From positions 4,092,001 through 4,156,000 of the forward strand of contig JANHCV010000001.1 in the NCBI GenBank assembly GCA_025594325.1: DNA of 64,000 nt, written 5' to 3'. The notes under the pieces were generated by a model. That model had not been told where the DNA came from and ran no database searches. It worked only from the letters and a program-made list of their open reading frames with translations. The translations under genes and the position numbers were made by a program. The stretch's first letter is position 1, and every line of letters begins with the position of its first letter. The DNA comes from Blastocladiella emersonii ATCC 22665 (Eukaryota; Fungi; Blastocladiomycota). Positions 56,641-64,000 of this stretch are shown in pieces.

Positions 56641-59600
56641 CTAGCGCACGACCGCCTCCCCCGGCCCGTCCGTTCGTGCGGCGATCTCCAGCGAAATCCC
56701 GCCCTGCTCGAGGAACTTGGCGATGGGCGGGGCCTCGGCGAGCGCGCTCTGTGGGATCAGGTGCAGGACCGAGACGATCGTGTACGCCTCGCGGCGGAGC
56801 TTGAGCGGGCCGCGGATGTAGAAGATGGCGGCGATGGTGACGATCGAGACGAGGTTGGCGAGGAACGCGATCGTGCAGAACAAAGTCGAGTCGTCGAGCT
56901 GCTTGAGCATCACCTCGCGGAACTTGCTGTTGGTTGTGAACAGCCGGTTACCGAGGTCGTTCATCATGGCGAGTTGCAGCCGCCACGTCGTAAAGGCGGG
57001 CGACGACGTGTTCGAGAGCGAGACGCCGGGCATCGCCAGCTGGTCGAGTAGCGCGCTGCTGACGCGGATGTACCGGTCGATGGCCGAGTTGAGCGGCATG
57101 CTGGCGATCCCGATCGTGAAGCCGATCTCGGCGTTCTCGACGACACCCGGGCAGTTGGTGAGGATTGTGCAGTTCCGCGGCTGGATCGTGTAGTCGGGGA
57201 CGATCTTCGACATGCCGTCCGGGTCGTTCACGAGGGCAGTATGCAGCGTCGACAGGTCGAGTAGCGAGCTGTGGGCGCCGCGGATCGCCTCGTCTACGGC
57301 GGAAGCGCAGGTCAGGCTGCTGCATTTCGCTCCGCACGCCGCGCGCGTGGATGCGAGGAGACGTACCGTCGCGGATGGCGCTGTCCGGCCCATACAACTC
57401 CCAAGTGTAGAACCGGAGCTCGGCGGAGAAGAAGCGACGATTGAGGGAGTTGTTGATGCGCCGAATGTTGCCGCGCAGTGAGGTCGAGCTACACGAGCGC
57501 ACGAGTTCGTCAGCGCGGCTGTGCGGACCGTGAAGCTGCGACACGAACCCGAGGGCGACGAGAAACATGGCGAGGACGAGCACGCCGATAACCGCCAGAC
57601 TCGACACGGACGCGAGCTGGAACTCGCGGCGACGGCGCGGAACGGCCCCGGCCGCGCTCGGCGCCCCGTTCGTTGACGGCGCCGTGCGCTTGAGCTCGAG
57701 CTCGAGGTCGTCGTCGTTGTCGGTGGCCGTCACGTCGCGGAACGACTCGATCTCCTCCTCCATGCCCGTGAGCAGGTTCGCCGCCGTGCGCTTGGGCATC
57801 CTGGCGAGCAGCGCGAAGACGTGGTCCTGGTTGCGCAGGTACCGCTTGATGAGCTGGAAGTACGTGACCGCAATCGTGAAGAGGAGGAAGCAGAGGGAGA
57901 GCGACAGCGAGAGCATCATGAGCAGCACCGTGTTGCCGACCAAGACGTTGTACTCCTGAACGCCCATCTCGGCGAGCGCGCGTAGCCCGTCAAAGACGCC
58001 GAAATGGTTGTCGACGAGCACGCGCAGCTCGGGCGTGGCGAGGAACCGCTCGGCCGTGAGGCGGCCCGGCGCGGCGAGACCGACGCCGAGGTTGCCCGCC
58101 TGGAGGATGAGGCGGAAAACGTCCATGGGCGAGAAGTCATTGGCCGAGACGTGTCGAGCGCCGCCCGTGTCGGGCTCGACGGTGAAAAAACGAAACTGCG
58201 GCGCGGTGACGGACGTGGTCGTCTCCCACGCGGACAGCGGCGTCAGGAGCGACGAGCCGACGGCGAGCGAGTTGCGGATGCGCGTCGCGTTGAGCCCGAG
58301 CGGCACCGACGCGTTGAACGTGTTCGAGAAGACCATGCCGCGCAGCGACTCGACGATGGCGAGCGACTCCAGGCGCGCGCTGCGGCAGCGATCGAACATG
58401 TTGAGCACGTCAATCGTCTGGCCGAAGAACGCGAGGCACAGCACGTAGCCGACGACCACGGACACGAGGAACAGGACGGCCGGCACGGCGGTGCGCCAGA
58501 GGCCCTTGAGCGGCTGCGAGATGCGGTCGAGAATGACGCGGCGGAGGTGCATCCGCTGCCGCTCGGCACGGCTGACCGACGTTCCTGACGTCTGCGAGGG
58601 GGCGTGGATGCCGCCGCTCCCGCTGCCGCCGGTCCGGATCGGCGTCAGGTTCGCGGTCGGGCGGCCGTAGTCGCCAGGACCAGGCCTTGAAGGCTGCGCA
58701 GAGAGTGCCTTGAGGTAGTCCTTGGACGAGCGTACAGCGGGTTCATGCTCGGTGATGGGCTCGGGAGCGGTCCATTCGGCGCCGCCGCCGCTCATGGCCT
58801 CGAGCGACGCGCTTGCCCGCGGGAAGCTGAGCTCGCGCGAGTTGTCGTGCAGGAGTCCGGATGCGTCGCCGGCAACCTTGACCGACGCGTTGAACAGGAC
58901 ATGGTCCTCGGATGGCGGAGACACGGCGGTGCTGGGCGTGACGGGGGTCGGCGGCGCGTCGATCTTGTCGAGCTGCGACGACGACATGGATGCAGGTCGC
59001 GGGATGATGGCGGTGGCCGTCGAGGCGGTCGGTGGCCGGTGCATCGCCGAAGACGGGGGCTTGCTGGGCGTCACGGTGCCCGGCGGCGGCGACGCGAGTC
59101 CGCCCCGAGACGGTGCTGGCGGCGGGAGACTAGGTCGAGGGCCAAAGAACGAGCCGCGCCGCGACGGTACAAAGGCCTCGGGGCCCGAGTCCTCGAGCGA
59201 CGAGAGCGACGGCGAGCGCATACGACCTTCGGCGGCCTCGACTACAGAAGAAGATGCAATCGTGAGTGCTTGCTGAGATTCTGCAGGCATCGAACCGTAC
59301 CCTCGTCAGCGATCTCGAGGATCTGGGCGGCCTTGAACGGGTCGGCCTCGACGCATGTGAGAAACTGCGCGTAGGCACGCAGAATCGACTTGTCGCGGGG
59401 ATCGCGCTCAATGAGGCGGTTGAAGCATTTGCGCGCGCCGGCCTGGTACACGGCGAGGCGGCTGAAGATGTTGGTGAGCTGCTCGTTGGACCCGCCGGTG
59501 CGGACCGCGTCCCACAGGTCGCGCAGCGAGTACAGTGCGGCGAGATGATGGCGTCGGAGGTCGCGCGCGAGGGAGTCGAAGCTCGCGCGGTCCAGGACGT

Positions 59601-61469
59601 GCTCGCCGCGGTCGCGCGAGCTGCGCTCGTGCGTGTACGTGAGGAACTTGATGTCGAGCGGCACCTTATGCATCGACTGGTGCAGCTCGTCGAGGAGGTC
59701 CTCGGCCGCGCGCTCGCCGTCGGGGCCAAAGTACGCGCCGAGGTACGTCGCTGCGAGGAGCAGGAGGAGCGGGTCCTTGGGGTACTCGACGAGCCCGCGC
59801 TCGAGCAGCTGGAGACCAAGCAGGATCTGCTTGGCCGTTGGGTTCGACCGAATGAACCGAATGCCTATTGGAATGGAATGGAGAGAGTGTCAGTGCTCGC
59901 GCTAGAAGTGGCGGAGTGATGAGCGATACGCACAGACTTCGACCTGGAGCGGGGAATCAAAGACGCGGACACGACGCTGGGGCTGGCGCTCGTGGAGGAC
60001 GTTGAGCACCTCGCGCGAGGTTCCCTTGAGGAGCGGGCCGAGGATGCGGTGCGTGTCGTCGATCGAGTTGAGGAGCTCGAGCGCGACGGCGTGCGACTCG
60101 CGGCGCTGGTTCGCGGTGCGGCCCGGTGCCAAGGACTGGCGCCGGTTGAGGTTGGCCGTACCCGACACGGACGAGGGTGCGCTGCCGCGACCGATAGTCG
60201 GCCCGTTGGGAACGACGAGCTGCGGCAGGCCCGAGGTGCTGCGCTGAGGACCGGCGTCGGGTCCCGCGGGCAGCGCCGTGTTGGAGCTCGGCGAGCCGCG
60301 GATCGCCGGGTCCGTCTCCGACTGCTCGGCCGCCAGGATGCGGTGCCATCCGCGCAGCAGGTAGTCGAGCTGACGGTTGATGGCAATGTGGCCCGCGTAG
60401 GCGCCGCCGAAGAGGCCGACGAGGGCGGCGGGGATCACGGCGACCCACCCTCCCGATGGCGAACCCGCGGCGCGGATGGCCATGGTCGTGAGCATCGAGA
60501 GGAGGCCAGCCACGGTGAACGCGATGCGCAGGATGGTCATGCGCGAGTCGAAATAAGGCTGCGATCGTGCGAACTGAGCAGCGAGGTAGGCGAGACCGCC
60601 GGCGACCACGATCATGTACACCCAGAGCGCGGCGTCGCCCTGGTCCTTGAGGAACACGTCGAGGACGACAAAGGTGAGGCGGAGCGCGACGGCGAGCAGG
60701 TCGGTGCGGCTGTGGGCGCGGGCCATCGGGCTCGCCGAGGTTGGTGAACATTCGATGAAGACGACGGAGCCGAGGAGGATGAGCGGGGCAAATATTGTGA
60801 AGCAGATCGCGTCGAGGACGAGAATCGGCAGGTGGCGAGTCGAGGTACACGGCTCGTGGTACTCTGGCAGCTCGCCGGTGAAGCAGTGTACGCCCGAGAT
60901 GAAGAGTGTAGCGAAGGGGATCGAGAGTGCCGTGATCATGAGCGTGCACAGCAGGCGCAGCAGCCGCAGCGCGAACAGCGGGGCCTTGGTCTGGCGGTGC
61001 ATGGCGAAGACGACGAGGGCGATGAGGGCCACGGTGAGCAGGACCATGGCGATGGCGATGACGCTGGCGACGTAGAAGGTCCCATAGGTGTCGAGGAACC
61101 GGAGCGGCTCGGCGATGCCCGCGAGAAGCTGCGGGAACCCTTCGGGGTGGAGCTCGGTACACCATGAGAATGAAAGCCATTGAAGCTCCTCGATGCCCTA
61201 GCAAGCGAACATGGGTTGTTAGGGTTGCACAGGTCTGGAGCGCCCGAGAAAACGCGTACGGCGAGAATCCACGAAATTTTGGGCGAAAAGTCGTTGTCGC
61301 GCGTGGTGATGTAGGCGACTTGAAACAGGGTTTGCTCCATGGCGTTGACGGGCAGGACGCGGTCGATGCCGGCTCGTCGGCCCGTGCCGCGGGCGCTCGA
61401 GGCGGGCTGGGCGCGCGCCATGGTGTCGGACGGCACCGCGAGCAGGTCCTCGTCGAGGCGCTTGTCCAT
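56641..61469 (-). CDS. TmcB/TmcC (tiny macrocysts)-like polytopic membrane protein with a TPR-like region, multi-exon
   Basis: N-terminal multi-TM block (GIEELQWLSF; ARAHSRTDL), EVCIRF, a TPR-like stretch (LERGLVEYPKDP; FNRLIERDPRDKSILRAYAQFLTCVEADPFKA), then further TM pairs with large loops. The family assignment is from recalled motifs, not a search. Confidence 0.7.
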
Positions 61470-62452
61470 GGCGAAGAAGTTTCGGAGTGTTTTCGAGTCC
61501 GACGAGTCCGGAAGATCGCCTGGTCCGAGCGGAGCGGAGTGTAGCGGAGCGGAGTGGAGGTGGAGGCGAGCGGGTGGGTCGCGCGAGCAGTGCGCAGTGG
61601 GTGATCGGACGCAGACTTGACTTGATGCATGAGTTCTAGTGCCCGAAAACGGTGCGATTGGCACATGCCATCGAAGGTTGGAAGAGGAGGCATGCGGTGC
61701 GCGACGCGCGACGCGTCGCGAGACGCGTCTGGAAGCACGTGGAATCACGGCGTGCGTGCATCGCGAGCGGTGATTGGTCGGCGGACGCAGAAGTGGCGCA
61801 GAACGTTCCTCGGGCTCGACTCCCGCTCCTCCTTCGAGTGGTATCGCACAGGCGGTCGTATGATCGCCTTCGCGGTCGCCTGACGCGGCTTGGGCGGCCA
61901 TCCGCGTGGTCGCCCTGGCGGCCGCCCGCGTGGACAGCGGCGAGCGGTGAGGCCACGAGCCTCGCCAACGCGTGGCTCAAAAGCCGTCCGCCGCCCCGCC
62001 CACGTTCTCTCTCCCCTACCCGACCTCGTTCTACGGATACATCGCTCAACTCCCAAGTCCTCGACGCTCCGGTCCTCCTTGCCTTCGCCTAGGCATCCTC
62101 CCTTCCCCTCCCGCTTCGTCTCCCTCGTCCCTTTCTGTCTCCCTTGGGTCCGCCCGACCCGCTCGTCCGCTCTCCCGCCTCCCCCACCCTCCCCCCTCCC
62201 CTCCTCGCATCCCGGCGCCCCTTCGTCTCGCTCGAACCCGCGCACTCCGGCCAGTATCTTCCTCGACCTGTCCCCCTCGACGATTAATGAATAGCCCGCA
62301 GTGCAACCTTCTGCTGAGCAGCCCCACCACCACCCCCATCGTCCCCTCCTTCTCCTTCGCCTCGAATACGGCCCCCATTGTGTTCAGCAAACACCGCCGC
62401 CGCTGCACCTCCAATCGTGCCAATTCCAAACCGATCGCCGAGTTCCTCCACC

Positions 62453-63933
62453 ATGGCTGAACTTCTCCGCGCTCTCCTGCCCGCCGCGCTCTTCGGCCCC
62501 GACTCGCGCACCAGCGCCGCCGAGAGCCCGGCGGGTCCCTCGCCCACCGACACGGGCATCCGAGGTGCAGCGGCGGCGGCGGTCGCGGCTGCAGATGATG
62601 TTGACGATGTGGAAGAGCCGCGGCTTTCGGCGTCTAATTTTGGCGGTACGTTGCCTCTCTCGCGTTTCCCGCGTTCTGGAACCGCCGTTGCTCACCATGA
62701 CGCACGTCCGTAGTGACTGAGCTCATGATCCTCAACACGCTCGACCGTGCCCTCGCTGCCAAGCAGCAGTGGTCGCGCGCCGTGCGTGCCGCGCAGACGT
62801 CGGCCAAGAACCTCAACCTGCTCGCCGGCCGCACCGCCGAGCCCGTCGTGCTCGAGTCGGACGGCCCCGCCGACCGCCCCTACACGGGCCACGCCGTCGA
62901 CCTCGCCTTCCTGTGCACGGACGTGTTCGTGACCGTGCGCGAGGCCGAGAAGGCCGTCGACGCGCCCATTTCCCACTTTGCCCGCATGCTCGTCAAGTAC
63001 CGCATCCTGTACCCGCTCGAGGACCTGCTCGACGTCGGCCCGCTCGACCCCGTGCCGTGGAAGACTGTCTCGCTGCGCGCCGTCCGCGACGCGCTGCTCA
63101 CCGTGTTCGCCGAGCAGTCCGCGCGCCTGCCGCTTAACGGCTTCGGCCCCGCCGTCGTCCCGGCCGACGCCATTGACACGGCGTCCATGGACAGCATCGA
63201 CGAGCTGCTCGCCGCCTACTCGGCCCCGCCGTCGCACGCCGCGCCCAAGCGGCTCGGGTTCGGCCTCGTCGGCTCGTCCATGCCCACCCCGCAGCAGACG
63301 CGCCCGACCCACCTCGACCGCCGCCCTAACACCCTCGTCAACTACAACAACACGGTTTCGGCCGGCTTCAAGTTCATCTCGCCGCCTACCAGCGCGCACC
63401 CCGCCATCACGGGCGTCGCCGTGCCCTCGGCGCTCACCGCGGCCGTCGCTGCCGGCCTCACGTCGTCGCAGGCGGTTCCCGAGACGGCCGCCATCGACGC
63501 CGACGACGCGACCAGTCTCGGTAGCGGCAGCCTCGGCCACCTCGCCGACTCTGGCTCGACCGACACCGGCGTGGCGCCCGCCGCCCCGACCCGCGTACCC
63601 CGCGCCGTCGCGCACCAGGCGCCGCCGCTGCTGCAGGACCAGGGCCTGGCGCTCAACGTGCCCGCGATCCGCGCCGCCAACCGCGCCGGCCCGACCATCG
63701 ACGAGGCCTCGCCACTCATCTTCGATAAAAACCGGTACATCGGGTTCGGCGCCGGCACCCTCGACTCGCCGCTCACCACGCCGTTCCCGTCGCCCGCACT
63801 GCACGGCAGTTTTGCGGGCGCCATGGGATCGCCCGACGAGCAGCACCACCCGGCGTCGAGCTCGTCGTCGGCGTCGCCGCAGCAGCAGCAGCCGCGGCCA
63901 AGTCCTGGCCCGTCTGGAGTTCAAGCGAGTTGA
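62453..63933 (+). CDS. Hypothetical protein, 2 exons (intron 62646-62713)
   Basis: ccATGG start; a GTACGT..TAG phase-1 intron joins it to ORF 62713..63933; host-like codon usage; a predicted helical region followed by a low-complexity tail. Confidence 0.7.
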
Positions 63934-64000
63934 TGCTGTGATTGGGTCGTCGAGATTTTGTTCTCGCTATACTTTCGTTCTTGCGCGCACCCCTGTTATC

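Noticed and set aside
61525-61565. AGCGG/AGTGG pentamer repeats upstream of the Tmc-like gene
   Set aside because: A short degenerate simple repeat with no spacer structure; not a CRISPR array or an element terminus.
1-64000. tRNA, rRNA, CRISPR, transposase/RT/integrase and secondary-metabolite core genes
   Set aside because: I saw no cloverleaf, rRNA-like segment, repeat-spacer array or DDE/RT/PKS/NRPS/terpene-synthase motif by eye; tRNAscan-SE and Infernal were not run.

Overview
This is GC-rich eukaryotic genomic DNA with short GT-AG introns (mostly GTACGC/GTGCGT donors and CTRAC-type branch sites). The centriolar gene CEP44 and a TmcB-like gene point to a flagellated early-diverging fungus; Blastocladiomycota/Allomyces-like is my inference. 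About 24 protein-coding loci are supported. Recognisable genes: an MFS transporter, a RhoGAP, REV3, NTE1, RRP12, separase, an RraA/HMG aldolase, PGS1, arginyl-tRNA synthetase, an AN1 zinc-finger protein, C1-THF synthase, LHS1/GRP170 and CEP44. Interspersed are genes I cannot assign to a family: (i) a tandem pair of secreted proteins sharing an 8-Cys domain, one with five FTILP repeats; (ii) a lower-GC pair of small membrane/zinc-ribbon ORFs, one with a 1-bp frameshift; (iii) a GPI-type repeat protein; (iv) a head-to-head pair of secreted paralogs with the same signal-peptide intron; (v) an intronless orphan 7-TM protein converging on the TmcB/TmcC-like gene. Two housekeeping genes carry in-frame upstream ATGs encoding mitochondrial-type presequences. 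I found no rRNA, tRNA, CRISPR array or autonomous mobile element. Exon boundaries were read by eye and are approximate where stated.
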